From the human T2T-CHM13v2.0 reference genome, Homo sapiens, in the NCBI RefSeq assembly GCF_009914755.1, contig NC_060930.1: a DNA stretch of 64,000 nucleotides; one strand, given 5' to 3'. Below are positions 1 through 13,069 of this stretch, one piece after another. The first letter of the stretch is position 1; every line of letters starts with the position of its first letter. The notes under the pieces were generated by a model. It searched no databases, had not been told where the DNA came from, and worked only from the letters and a program-made list of their open reading frames with translations. A program made the position numbers and the translations under genes.

Positions 1-26
1 CCGTCTGGTGAACCTCCAGATATTCA
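1..26 (-). CDS. RIPOR2: RIPOR2 coding exon, 5' part only (..D EYLEVHQT E..); continues beyond the window start
   Basis: The minus strand reads a pyrimidine tract, then TTTGCAG|T GAA TAT CTG GAG GTT CAC CAG ACG G. The phase fits the upstream exon ending GA (GA|T = Asp), and the peptide matches recalled RIPOR2 sequence KNGLDEYLEVHQTE. Confidence 0.95.
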
Positions 27-710
27 CTGCAAAGATAAGACAAGATGTAATCGTAATCTCTGCGCCTGTTAAGTGGAATCTGGTGCTGTTGCTGACTTTT
101 CCTTCTCAAAGGGGATTAAGAATTGAACCTTGCTCTGTAGTTGGGCAGGAGGTTTTGTATTTTCCCAGTCTTTCAACATTTTGAAAGGTCTAGCAGTGGC
201 ACTGGATACTATCCAGCTGGGAAAGTAGAAAAGGAGAAAAAAGCTGAAAGTCGAGAAAAGAAAAACCAGTGGGGAGGCAAGGGGCAAGAGGTCTGTAGAG
301 TCAGCCCTGGCTCTGGCCTGACAGAATTCTATCTAGTCAAATAGAACAAATAGTGAATGTCCCATTGCACACTAGGAAAGTCTTATTCTGGGTTCACAAT
401 CCCTGTAAGATATCAGGGAGGTTTCAGAACCCTCCTTCAGCAATGTCTAGAATGGATATGTCTGTCCATCATTGTTTAAGTGAAACTCAATACTGCACAG
501 GGTTCCAGGTCTCCATCAATGTTATGAATATGATGTGGAATACCAATATATTTCCCATCTCTGGGACTTATGTCAGGCTTCCCTAATTGTGGTACAAGAA
601 TAAAATACCTCCTACAGAAATAGACATCTGAAAAATGATCTCATAAGACCAGCTTTTCTCTGACCCCTTGGGTCTTTCCTTAAAGTACATTATCAGGTTC
701 AAGTTCTTAC

Positions 711-866
711 TCAAGTCCATTTTTCAAGGCCCTGTAGACTTCTTCCACCCTTTTAGGCTGAGGCTCTTTGGGGGGATTGTTGTTTTTGTGGCCTAAATTG
801 TGCATTTTCTTCAGTTTGGCCTGAGGCTTCTTGAGAGCGGAGGAATTTTCAATGAAGGAGTTACAC
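711..866 (-). CDS. RIPOR2: RIPOR2 156-nt coding exon (R|[51 protein letters not shown]|D)
   Basis: Acceptor TTCTTTCCATAG|G at 867/866 and donor GA|GTAAGA at 711/710. Symmetric phase 2-2, 52 codons' worth. Contained in ORF 707..922(-) and matches the recalled RIPOR2 N-terminal region. Confidence 0.97.
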
Positions 867-944
867 CTATGGAAAGAACAGAAGAAATTGTGAGGATTGG
901 GCATCCAAAAGGATTTGACCAAAGAAAAATGTCTTCTATTATTT

Positions 945-1477
945 ACTTGTTTGTTTTAGAGACAAAGTCTTCTTCTGTCATCCAGGCTGGAGTATGGTGG
1001 TGTGATCATAGCTCACTGCAGCCTTGAACTCCTGGACTCATGAGCTCAAGTGATCCTCAGCCTCCCAAGTAGCATGTGCCACCACACCCAGCTAAATAGT
1101 TTGTTGTTGTTTAAAGAGAGGGGGTCTCAGTTTGGTGCCCAGGGCAAAGTGCAGTGGTCCAATCATAGCTCACTGCAGCCTTGAACTCCTGGGCTCAAGT
1201 GGTCCTCCTGCCTCAGCCTCCCGAGGTACTGGGACCACAGGCATGCACCACCACACCTGGCTAATTTTTTTTTTCTTTGTAGAGATAGGGTCTAGCTTCA
1301 GGCAATCCTCCTGCTGTGGCCTCTCAAAGTGCTGGGATAATTTTTTAAAACATTTTTTGTAGAGATGGGGTCTTGCTATGTTGCCCAGGCTGGTCTTGAT
1401 CTCTTGGCTTCAAGCAATCCTCCAGCCTTAGACTCTCAAAGTGCTGGGATTACAGGCATGAGCCACTGTGCCTGACC
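945..1477 (-). mobile_element. Nested AluJ-type elements (one Alu, about 1100-1338, inside the middle A-rich linker of another)
   Basis: Order is right arm, then a second right arm with a deleted left arm, then a left arm; all are antisense Alu consensus. Confidence 0.85.
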
Positions 1478-2757
1478 AAGAAATGTCTTTGTAATCATCT
1501 TGTGTTCACACTAGTGTCCTTTGCAGAAGGTAATGTTCCCAGATCTGAGCCATCCTGCATTTAGTTTCTTAGTATTAGATTTGTTAACTGCTGAAACCTG
1601 AAAGCTCTGTTGGGCAGAGGCTACCTAGAGTCAAAGTCTGGCTTCAGGGAATGTGTATTCTGAGTGGAAATGTATTGCTTTTCTAAAACATCATAGGAAG
1701 CTAAGGGCAAAGAGTTCCAGGTGGACATAATAAACAGGCAGAAGGATATAATCCAACTAAAAAGATACATGCACTATGCAATTTTAGGTACAAGTGTCTA
1801 TGAAATTCAACGAGGATGTGAATAAATTCTTTTCGATAAGGGACCATAAGCATGACAAATAGCTAATTCTATATGACATTAAAATACACGTAGCTTTTTT
1901 AAAAGCTTTATTTTTAGGAAGCAAATTACTGATTAGGTATAACTTATAAAATTTCAACATCTCTAGTAGTGCCAGGGATACAGCTTGCAGCGGTAAGATG
2001 GATATCTGATAACTTAAAACCAGAGTACTGATCTAATTAGGAGATGCAGAGGCTAGGCCACTCACTGACCCAGCTATCAGTAGGAAAGCCGAGACCTCCG
2101 AGGCCGGAAGGTGCCTACTGCACCCCTCCCAGGTTAGTTATTCGTTATACTCTCTGCCATCACCGTGTGCACAAATGGGACAATACAGGTTAAAGCACAT
2201 AGGGCCCCTCAGAGGGCAAAGACCTTTATGATAACAGAAAAACTGAAGATAAACTTGGTTACATGTTGCTTATTCACTGTCTGTTCTTTCTTTCTTAAGT
2301 TCCCCTAAGTCCTGTTTCAGATGAGAGGAGATTCAGGAAACTAGAAAAACTAACTTTGGCAACCTCTGTCTGAATTACATCTGCTCCCCAGAGTCAATCT
2401 GCAGAGGCAGAATCATTATCCACTGCATGATTTCATAGCAAACATAGTCTCCAAAGTCTGAATGCAATGGAAAATGTGCTTCAAAAAGGGGTGGAAGGAG
2501 GGGTAGTGAGAGGTCTATGCATATATCACTAGTTTGTCCTAAATCCTCAGCCATCATCCTTGCAGGAGGAATTCTAAATGATAGAAAATAAACTATAGCA
2601 CTTAATTTTTAGTACATCCTTTCCATGAAAAAGATTAAAATGGGGAGGAGGCGGGGGGGCGGTTTGACAAGGCTGAATGCACACAGACCCTCTTCACAAC
2701 ATCAAAGTTCACTTCCTTGGCAAGCTGCATCCCGGGAGAGAACCACACAGTACTTGC

Positions 2758-2884
2758 CTGGATCGCCTTTCCTGGAGGCCGCTGAAACCCGCAAAGGACT
2801 GGCTTCTAATGATCCCATTGGGCCCTCCAGGCGAAAAAGACTGGGATCCTACCAACATGATTTCCGGGAGTCTGGTCGGTAGTC
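2758..2884 (-). CDS. RIPOR2: RIPOR2 127-nt exon: G|LPTRLPEI then ATG (2858) [33 protein letters not shown]|R; carries the start codon of the shorter isoforms
   Basis: Acceptor TTCCACTGTCTTCTAG|GA at 2885/2884. ATG at 2858-2856 with A at -3. Non-canonical donor CAG|GCAAGT at 2758/2757. Frame continuous with the flanking exons. Confidence 0.96.
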
Positions 2885-3074
2885 CTAGAAGACAGTGGAA
2901 AGATCATGACAATTTATAGGCAGGTTCAGACAGAAGATGCACTAAGCTTGTCAACAATGATAAAGGATGTAAAGTAAGCCATGAGACTGTTAAGTGCTTG
3001 TGAGGTTCTTTATTATGGAGTGTCCTGAAGACGAAGGGTTCAACTCTCAAAAGAATAAAAAAGATACCCATCTA

Positions 3075-3397
<323 letters not shown>

Positions 3398-4249
3398 TTA
3401 CACAAAATTGTCCATCACTTTAGGTTTCCTTCAAGAATTTTTTTTTTTAAAACAAGGTTCAACCACACCCTCAAAAACATGAAAACTGTTGTAACATTTA
3501 TCTCCATTCAACAACAATAAAAACACACAAATAGGCCAAGTCAAAGCTTCAGATAAGTCATGCGTCAAACTGAAAACACAGTCAAGTCTTAAGGCGGAAT
3601 TCTACACCTAGGGGTCATAAAGCTAAAACACTAGGTTACTTTAGAGATGAACTTACTTGAACTAGTTCTCCCTTTCTATCTTTAAGAATATTCTGAAAGC
3701 TAAGATTGTGCCACTACTGTGACAGTGCAAAATAAGAAGGGTAAAGGGAGTGCTCACAAAAGATGTGATAATCTAGGTTAGATAAGAACACAAGGGCGGT
3801 CGGGGGGAAGGTAAGAGGAAAATACAGCAGAAAGCGCACAACTTGTATTTCAGTCTTTTGCTTGGCTTTTGTAAGGACTTACCACAACAGACCAAGAAGC
3901 ATTGTCAAAACACAACTTCAGCTGAGCAGAAGCCCAGGGCTAGTTCCCCCAAAGGATGACCCTGCAACTGTTAGGTAATTCTATTCCTTTTAGATCAGGA
4001 GGAGTCAAAGCACATACCATTGTCTTAGCAGGTGACTTCAATCCAGAGAGGGGGACAGGCTAGCAGGAAAAAGGGTAAATAGTTACTGCCCAGATTGAAG
4101 ACTCCAAAGTGGGCAGACAACAAATCGGTATGTTTGCAGAGTGTCGACAATTGCCCTTTAAAGACTCAAAGAAAGAAAAGCTAAAAAAAACAACAGCAGC
4201 AGAACTCTCTGGTAGTACATCCAGATGTAATGGAAAGACCAATTTCACT

Positions 4250-4520
4250 AGACCTTCCTCAAAGCTACGCGAAGCAGCTCAGCAAGGAAGGCAGTTTGAG
4301 CGAGTTACTTCCCCAGAGAGAGAAGGACAAACAGCCTCCTCCCCCATGTTGCTGCAGGTTTTTAAATCCCCTCCCTCCCTCTCCAGGAGAGAGCAGCCCT
4401 GGAGTTTGTATGCATTCTTGCGAGGTACAGGTGCTGACTCACTTGGCTACAGGTATGGCAATCGGCTTGCTCTTTCATCTGGGTGAGATGCAAATCCCAC
4501 ACTAGCTGGGGAGGAGCAGC
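4250..4520 (-). promoter_or_regulatory. RIPOR2: Candidate proximal promoter and alternative first exon of RIPOR2 (donor unresolved)
   Basis: Repeat-free, mildly CpG-enriched. Octamer ATGCAAAT at 4488-4495, MAF/AP-1-type TGCTGACTCA at 4432-4441 and TATA-like TTTAAAA near 4360. Candidate donors at 4443 (CAA|GTGAGT), about 4309 and 3883 (GTG|GTAAGT). A proximal TSS about 1.5 kb upstream of the ATG exon is recalled. Confidence 0.5.
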
Positions 4521-4683
4521 TTACATTTTAGGGCATTCTCCAGAATTTTAGAAGTAATGAAGAAGTACGTATGAGCAGTAAAAGTAATATGTAGGGCACA
4601 AATGGTTAGACAAAATGCAAGTGCAGATAAGGTTCTCTCTGGTTACTTCTCCCCAGCCTCAAGGCTCAAAAAACTCCTAATTC

Positions 4684-5267
4684 TGTTATAAATAAATTTT
4701 TGATGCCACAAGGAAATAGCACTCAAACATAAATTTAATTTTCTCAGCAAGGCAATTTTTACTTCTATATAAGGGTGCAACTTATGAATGGAGTAATGGT
4801 GAGACCACACTTGGACAGGGGAGGGGCAGGAGTTCTTATTCCTGAAGCATGGCCCTACTGCTGTGTCGTTCCCCTATTGGCTAGGGTTGGACCGCACAGT
4901 CTAAGCTAATTCTGATTGGCTATTTTAAAGAGAGTAGGGGTATGAGCCACAGTGGTGGGGTGGGTAGTTTGGCAGGAAGGACGGTTAGGAACAGGTAACT
5001 AAAGGTGACTTAGGTCAGAGCAGGTGACCAGGGGTGACTCAGGTCCAACAGGTGACCGGGATGAGTCAGGATGAAGCAGGTGACCAGGGGAACAAATGTG
5101 AACTACTGATTAGGACTGGTGGGAATGCTGTTTACTGAAACTAGGAGCAAGGAGACGAAGAGAACCAGAAAGTTAAACTTTAAAATGGAGAATCAAAGAA
5201 TAGGAGACCTGAACGTACTGACATACTGATTCTTTGAAGAGAAACTTGGGGTTCACTATATTTAACA
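4684..5267 (-). mobile_element. Solo LTR of ERV1 class, LTR10 family (HERV-I)
   Basis: TG...CA termini, 4-bp target duplication ATTC (4680-4683 and 5268-5271), 584 bp long. The minus strand starts TGTTAAATATAGTGAACCCCAAGTTTCTCTTCAAAGAATCAGTATGTCAGTA, as in recalled LTR10 consensus. Internal CAGGTGACC repeats carry AP-1 motifs. Confidence 0.85.
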
Positions 5268-5669
5268 ATTCCTTTAATCCTTAATGAGGTTCTCCTCTGT
5301 GCTCTCTGCTGGTTACTGAGAAATCTGTCTACATTTCTTTAAGGGGATCTTTCTTAGGTTCATAAAGCATGCCTGTGGTATCACTGTATGCCATGCAAAC
5401 TTGTAATAAACTATCATGCTTTCTTAATATTTCTGTTCTTTCTGTACTCAATTTGACAACCAAGCACCCACCTTAATGTCTCAATTTGGCAAATTTTAGT
5501 ATTCTATCTTATTTTGTAAATTATTATTCATTATATCTATTGTATCACAGACACTCTTTGATCAAAGGAAAAAACTTAGAGTATTCGAAATATTTAACTA
5601 TATCATTATCTCATACCTCTTAGAAATTATATTTTTCAAGCCAATTTTCCCCCCTTATCCATTGGATCA

Positions 5670-5805
5670 CGGTAGTTTAAACTACTGATGCCTGGCTCCT
5701 ATCCCCAGGCACTGTTTAATTAATATGGGATATCACCTGGGTATGGGGAGGGTTGTAAAGTCCCCAGGTGATTCTGATGTTCACCAATGTTTGAGAGCCA
5801 CTGAC
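5670..5805. mobile_element. MER5-like hAT-Charlie DNA transposon fragment
   Basis: CCCCAGGTGATTCTGATG...TTGAGAGCCACTG terminal motif. Confidence 0.65.
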
Positions 5806-6117
5806 TTAGGAGTTTTGATTGAACAATCAGTTGCACTAGTGATAGGCAGAAAAAAAAAGAAAAGATACCAAGTTCATTGCAAATTTAAGACTTCTGTTAA
5901 AATAATCTGCTACAATTAATTAACTCCAACTCTTTCATTAAATGAATTAAACGCTGGAGAGTAAAACATATGTACCAGATTGTAAAATAATTTTCCTTCT
6001 TCCTCATTTTCTGTAACAGGTAAACAAGGTTCTCAAAATCAGAACAAATGTCTGTCCAGGATCCTAAGATTGTCAAATACTTTGGGAGGGGGAATAATGC
6101 TCAGAAACTTTTCATTA

Positions 6118-6465
<348 letters not shown>

Positions 6466-7089
6466 CTAGGAATGTGACTAGAGTGAGCAGTTTTGTTTTG
6501 TTTTGCTTTTGTAGTCTTAGAAATGATCATTATCTATCAAGAAAGAATTTGGCCAGAGCTGATTTAGGCTGAGATCTCTCTATCTTGCCATCATTTCCCC
6601 TAAAAGGTGACACATGGCCTAAGGAGAGTCATAAAACAAGCACGCACACACACAAAGTCTGGCTCTGGAAGAAATAAAAGGAGGAGGTTGGGGCAGGGTA
6701 GTGTAGAGGTATTAGGGACAAAAGTATACAAAACACTCCCTTCCCCATAGCTCCCAAGTCTGATGGAGGGGTGGTAGTTCTTCGCTACTATTCTTCCAGC
6801 TTCCCCAGCTCTTCTCCAGTTGTAACTGATCTTGCACCTCTTCGTTATCAACTGTCATTCTATTGACCACTCCACTCCTACCTCTTAGCATCTTATATCT
6901 TTAGATTGTTCCCTGGCTTCCTAGAAGTCCCAAAGACCTGGTCTGTCCCCAGCTTTCAGAAAAACTACCTCTAAAATTTTTGGGTTTTAAAGGCTTAATT
7001 GCCTCTGCCAGAGTAATCTGCATTTTAATAGCAGGTGCTCCATTGAACCAAAAGCCTTAACCTAAAGAAAGGACTACAGTAGAATTGCA

Positions 7090-7610
7090 GTATTACTGCT
7101 GGTAGGGATGTAAAATGGAATTAAAATTTTGGAGAACAATTTGGCAGTATCTGTTTAAGCTGCAAAACATACTAATCCTTTAACAGGGCACTTCTTTGAT
7201 AGCTCCTCTAGGGAAATACCCAAATGCATGAAGAGGCATATACAGGGATATTCATCACAGGCAATGTTAATAGTAATGGAAAAATGGGAAATGATATAAA
7301 TGTTAGTCATTACAGGAATGGTTAACACTCAAAATTATGTTATAATTTTGACAATAACATTATGTGGCAGTTAAAAACAACATGGCCACATGGAAAGATC
7401 CCCAGGATAAACTACAGAATGAAACAGAGTATGATAGTAGGAATGCCAAAAACAAAACTATATAAAACCACGAACACAAATAGAAAAGTTCTGAAACTAC
7501 ACACAGTCTATGGAGAGGTGGGATTGAGTGGTAGTCAGAAACATTTTAATCTTTTCTGTATTATATTTTTATACAGAAAAGGTATTTGTGTATTTTTCAT
7601 ATAATGTAAA
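7090..7610 (+). mobile_element. Old L1M 3' fragment
   Basis: Degenerate L1 3' motifs (ACTGCTGGTAGGGATGTAAAATGG...TTTGGAGAACAATTTGGCAGTATCT). Confidence 0.65.
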
Positions 7611-8015
7611 ATTCTGTTTTGAAATTGCAGACATTTGGAGTTGCCTAGAAATGGAAGTGAAAAGGAGACAGCTCATAAACAAGATCATATAACTCTGTTG
7701 AGTAATAACTGTATTTATAAAATTGTTTATATTTATCAGCCTTGCAGAGGAGAAATATGATTGCCAAGAAATATTGTATTAGGCTTTATAAATTCTGATT
7801 ACATCAGAACTATTTAGATTTCCTGATGAAGTCCTTATTATGAGTTCTGAGCTATGTAACAAGTTCATTATTTTTGTCTGCAAAACATTTAGAGCTGGGA
7901 TTGTACTCCTGGTAACATGCACTATACCTGATATATACTCATATATACCCGATATATACTCTAGGTTCACCAGTTCACCAGATGCCATATCTATTAAGCA
8001 AGAAATCCCACATAA

Positions 8016-8324
<309 letters not shown>

Positions 8325-10509
8325 TTATTGACGTCTTACCTGGTCTTTTGGAAAATTCCAGCATAACTAATATTCATTTTTGTGTGTTAAATCCCAGAAA
8401 GGACTCAAATCCTAGGCAAACAGTGTGGCTGCTATGGTTTGCTCTTCACTTGACTTTGTTGCAGGAGGCCCTGGCTGTCATACCAGGTTGCCACCCGTGC
8501 CCTGCCACTCCTATAACCAATGGGAACAACACAACAGGGTCTTTCTGGAAGGAATCCCAAGCACCTTGACTAAGAGTTGAACAAATCCTGCCATTCTGAG
8601 CTGAGCCTCTAGGCACAGAACCCTGAAAGCCACAGCTGTTTCTCGTCCCAGTTTCTTCATACAATGAAAATCACTGCCTTTTCTCTGACTATGCAGTGTT
8701 AAGTTCCAATTAAACACATATCAGGGTCTTTTGAAATTATAATAAGTATAAGATTTTACATGTTCTTGTATGAATGCTGTGATACAGGTACACTGGACTT
8801 TGGTGGATGCTATGAGCGACCACCTGACCCAAACACCTGGTGTCTGTTTAAATTAGAAGGTAGCTCATCAAATCAGCAGGCGGTTTTTGGACAAGAACAC
8901 TGAATCTGAAGATAGAAGGGGGCTGAAGCAGATAAAAAGAGAACAAGGGATTTCCCCTCACCCATCAGGTCTCAGGCTCTGATTGGACCAGAAATAAAGG
9001 GTGGAATATGATTGCAGTTTGGGGGAAGAATTTGCACCTCCTTGGAGAACTTGGAGATAACCTGTCTCTTAAGAATAAAGGACAGGAATCAATCTTGGAG
9101 GGCTGTTTGGAAGATGGGTGATGAAGGACATCTGTCATGTGGCAGGCCCATGCAGCAGGCCCTAAAGTGCAGCTCATGGTAGTGCCACCAGTAGAAGTAG
9201 TAAAAGTGACGGGGAAATGTTTGGAATGTCCAGTCTAGGTGATGGTTCTACTTCTCCCTATATTTTTATGAACTGGCATTCTGGCTCATGTTTTCATGTG
9301 TGTTTGATTAGCTTGAGTTAGCAAGCCTCTCTTCAAATTTCAGCAATTTCACTACGAGACAGGTAAGGCTAGATATATATATTAAAGTAAGAATCCTGGT
9401 TGTCAGGCCAGTGGCCGACCTCCTTTCAACATCTGCCAGGTGTGAATCTTCAAACTCACTTGTTCAGAGTAGAAGTGCTGGAGGCATTGATTAACCTGTA
9501 AGGCAACTGGGCAAATTGACTACTCAGCTAGAAGGAATGCTAATATTTATTGTTAGAGTTAAGAATACTGAGACTCATTAAAGGAAATATGATTCAGTAC
9601 ATTATTTTTAGTTTTTACAAGCACAAAAGCCCTCTCCTGTATTAGGAAAACACAGAAAGTAGAAAGGAGGCAGTGTAGGGAGAAGGAGAGAAGAACCATA
9701 CCGTTTGTATCATCCAAAGACAACCACCGGGGGAATTTTGTTCTGTTAAATTTTCTCTAGCTCTTCCCTTCTCATATAAAGCATAATAATTTGAGCATAT
9801 TGCATGCAAAATTTTGTATCCTGCTTTTTCTATCGGATTCTTTTTTTAAAGCTATGCCGAGGGGGCTATCAATTAGCTTTTTAACAAAGCTATCTTTAAA
9901 AGGATACTCAAGTCTACCCCATATTCCATGTGCTCCTTTGAATAATAAGAGGAAAACTAATGAGTCCGCATTACATGTGCCTTTTATTTCTGATTTTTCA
10001 GATATGGCAGTTTGGCCAGAGGCTAAAGGAAACCCCTGCAAGGATGAGACCAGGGCTTTTCTATGGGAAACAAGAGACCACGTGATCATTTGTGCATGCT
10101 TGAGTTGCAGGACATCAAACATCATGAAATTAAAACGAAAATACAATAGCTAGATGCTACTGTCTTAACCCTTATGGTGTTTTCCTTTTTTAAAAATTTA
10201 ACCAAACCTTCTATCGAATTAAGAATACAAACAGGCAATTCTGAGAGAGCCTTACTGATAGAAAATATGAGACACATCTGTGATTTCTGAATGACATGAG
10301 TAAGGATATCTCAGTTCTCGCCAAGGCATTTCTCATGGGGGCCAAACGTCAACTTGGAAACCAATAGTTGTCACACTTACAAAGCTATGCCATCTCCATA
10401 AGCTAGACTGAGACCAACCCCTCTGAGACAAGACAATTGACCCATAGATCAGTTGGCTGTAGCTGGGGTGACATGCTGGCAAAAGTAAAAAAATTCCACA
10501 ATCAATTCA

Positions 10510-10707
10510 AGTGTTTGCCTGAGGCCAGGGACGGGAGCAGGCAAGGAAGCAGAGAGAGGTTTTGGGGGTGGTGGAAGTGTTCTAAAAGCAAATCATGGAT
10601 GATGGTAGCACAAATGTATAAATTTACTAAAACTCAAACTGTCCACTTAAGATGAGTAAATTTTATGGTATGTGAATTGTACATCAATAAAGCTGTTTAA
10701 AAAAAAT
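10510..10707 (+). mobile_element. L1M 3' terminus
   Basis: Ends in CATCAATAAAGCTGTTTAAAAAAAA, typical of L1M 3' ends. Confidence 0.7.
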
Positions 10708-11193
10708 CACTACCAATTTCTAGAAAAAGTCATCATTCCTTCTGCAAGAGGAAGTGCCAAGAAATCAGGACTTGGAAAAGCTGAATCAGTAAGCAACCAG
10801 CTGAGAGTTGCTTTCGTGATTTGATCCTGTCTCCCAGCGAGGCTTCATAAGATGTAACACCTGCCCTCACTGCACTTTCTGAGTCATTTCTTCATGCCCG
10901 ATTTGGGTTCTTCCTTTCTTTTTCCCCTAACAATGCCATCCTGTTTATGCTCCCCCACATCGTGGTCAAAAGCAGATGTATAATTGACTTGTCTGAAAGA
11001 GGCATGTGGGCCAGATGTAAATAGCCTGCTATGCAAAATAATTATTTAAGATGAAAACTAAAGATACACGTCTGCTTATTATATGGTTACAAGGTACCTA
11101 TTACAGAGCAGTTGACTAATCTTTTTTAAAAAGTAAATATATTTATGTCATTGGCCTTTAAAAAATATGGCTGCTTTAAAGTAAATCAAAGCA

Positions 11194-11523
<330 letters not shown>

Positions 11524-12284
11524 CTAATATTTGCTTCTCAGTTGTCAACATTGTTTGCTAACCCAGTGATGAATGCATGTGTGATACACTGCTTGACTAA
11601 GACAACTGACGTGAACGGATGAAAAAAAAGTGTAGAACAACTCAACAGAGCCTCACTCCTCAGCAAGGGGATGGAAGAACCAGGGCCAGATGTTCTAACT
11701 GGCCTTTTGGGCAAGTCCTAAACTCAGTGAACCTCACACTGTATCTGTAGAGTAAAGGAAGTAATTCCTCCCCATTTTAACAGGCAAGCATTGTAAGGTT
11801 CAATTGAAATCAAAGCTTCATCCAATCTAACAATCAGGAGACTACTTGGACATGTAGACTGACTTTCCACCATCTCTGTAGATGGCTGGATTTCTGCTTT
11901 AAAACACAGAGAAAACGACGAAGTGCTTTACAAAAGGCAAAGTGCTTGAGAAACCACAGATTATTATAATGAATACTTAGTTTTAACTCACTTGAAAAAA
12001 AGAAACTTAATTTTCAGAATCTCTGGAAAGTGATATGATAATTTTCTTTCCGTGTTTTCTAAGACTCCATCAATCAATATAATTATTAAGTATATATTAT
12101 ATGCTCAGCGCTGGCAGGATGCTATGTGTTGTCCAAGATCCAAAGACAACCTAAGACTGAGCTCTGCTTTTAAAAATTTTAACAATTTAATTGAAGATAA
12201 CATGAGTATACATAAAGCGGATTGGAGACAATTTTTCATGTAAGAAATAACAGCGTAAAATTTGAAGTGGTACCTATTTCTGGG

Positions 12285-12590
12285 TTTTTTTGTTTTTTTG
12301 AGACAGAGTCTTGCTCTGTTGCCTAGGCTGGAGGGATGGATTGCAATGACTCAGTCATAGCTCACTGCAGCCTCAATCTCCTGGGCTCAAGCGATCCTCC
12401 TGCCTCAGCCTCCCGAGTAGCTGGGACTACTGGCATGTGCCTCCACACCCAGCTAATCCTTCTGATTTTTAGTAAAGACGAGATGTTGCTATGCTGGCCA
12501 GGCTGGTCTTAAACTCCTGGGCTCAAGCAATCCTCCTGCCTCGGCCTCCCAAAGTGCTGGAATTACAGGTGTGAGCCACCATGTCCGGCC
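12285..12590 (-). mobile_element. AluJ
   Basis: Antisense Alu; TSD AAGTGGTACCTATTTCT on both sides. Confidence 0.95.
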
Positions 12591-12639
12591 AAAGTGGTAC
12601 CTATTTCTTAATCTTCCAAGGAAAGCAACACAGCAGAGA

Positions 12640-12850
12640 CAATAAGAACGTGGAATCCAGAGTCAGACAAATCTGCACTCAGTTTGGGTTCTACAGCTAC
12701 AGCTGTTTGAACTTTTGCACATTATTTAACTTCCCTGAATCCCAGTTTTCTCATTTATATAAAAGGATTAACATTTCAGAGGATTTTTGTAAGGTGCAAA
12801 TGAGATAATATACATAAGACCTGGTATGTAGTAGGTGTTTAATAAGCCTA
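12640..12850 (+). mobile_element. MIR
   Basis: MIR core (TTATTTAACTTCCCTGAATCCCAGTTTTCTCATTTATATAAAAGGA...AAATGAGATAAT). Confidence 0.75.
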
Positions 12851-13069
12851 GCTGTTAATAATAATTTAAATAATAAGGAATTTTCTCAAAAGAGAGGGAG
12901 ATACATAAGACAGGAATAGCCAGGCAAGTTTAGGTAATGCTAAGGAAGCTAGAAACTAGCATCTTTTTGAAGATAGCAATTTTTAGGTAATTGAAAAGCA
13001 TGGATTCATAAGGACTATAAATATGAGTACCTGGGATGTGCAGTTCAAAAGTCAATTTTACAAAAAAGA

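Noticed and set aside
69-287. 72-aa minus-strand ORF
   Set aside because: Lies inside the 27-710 intron, with no usable splice context and no match to RIPOR2.
7923-7961. 21-bp-period tandem duplication TATACC(T/C)GATATATACTC
   Set aside because: Ordinary two-copy slippage duplication.
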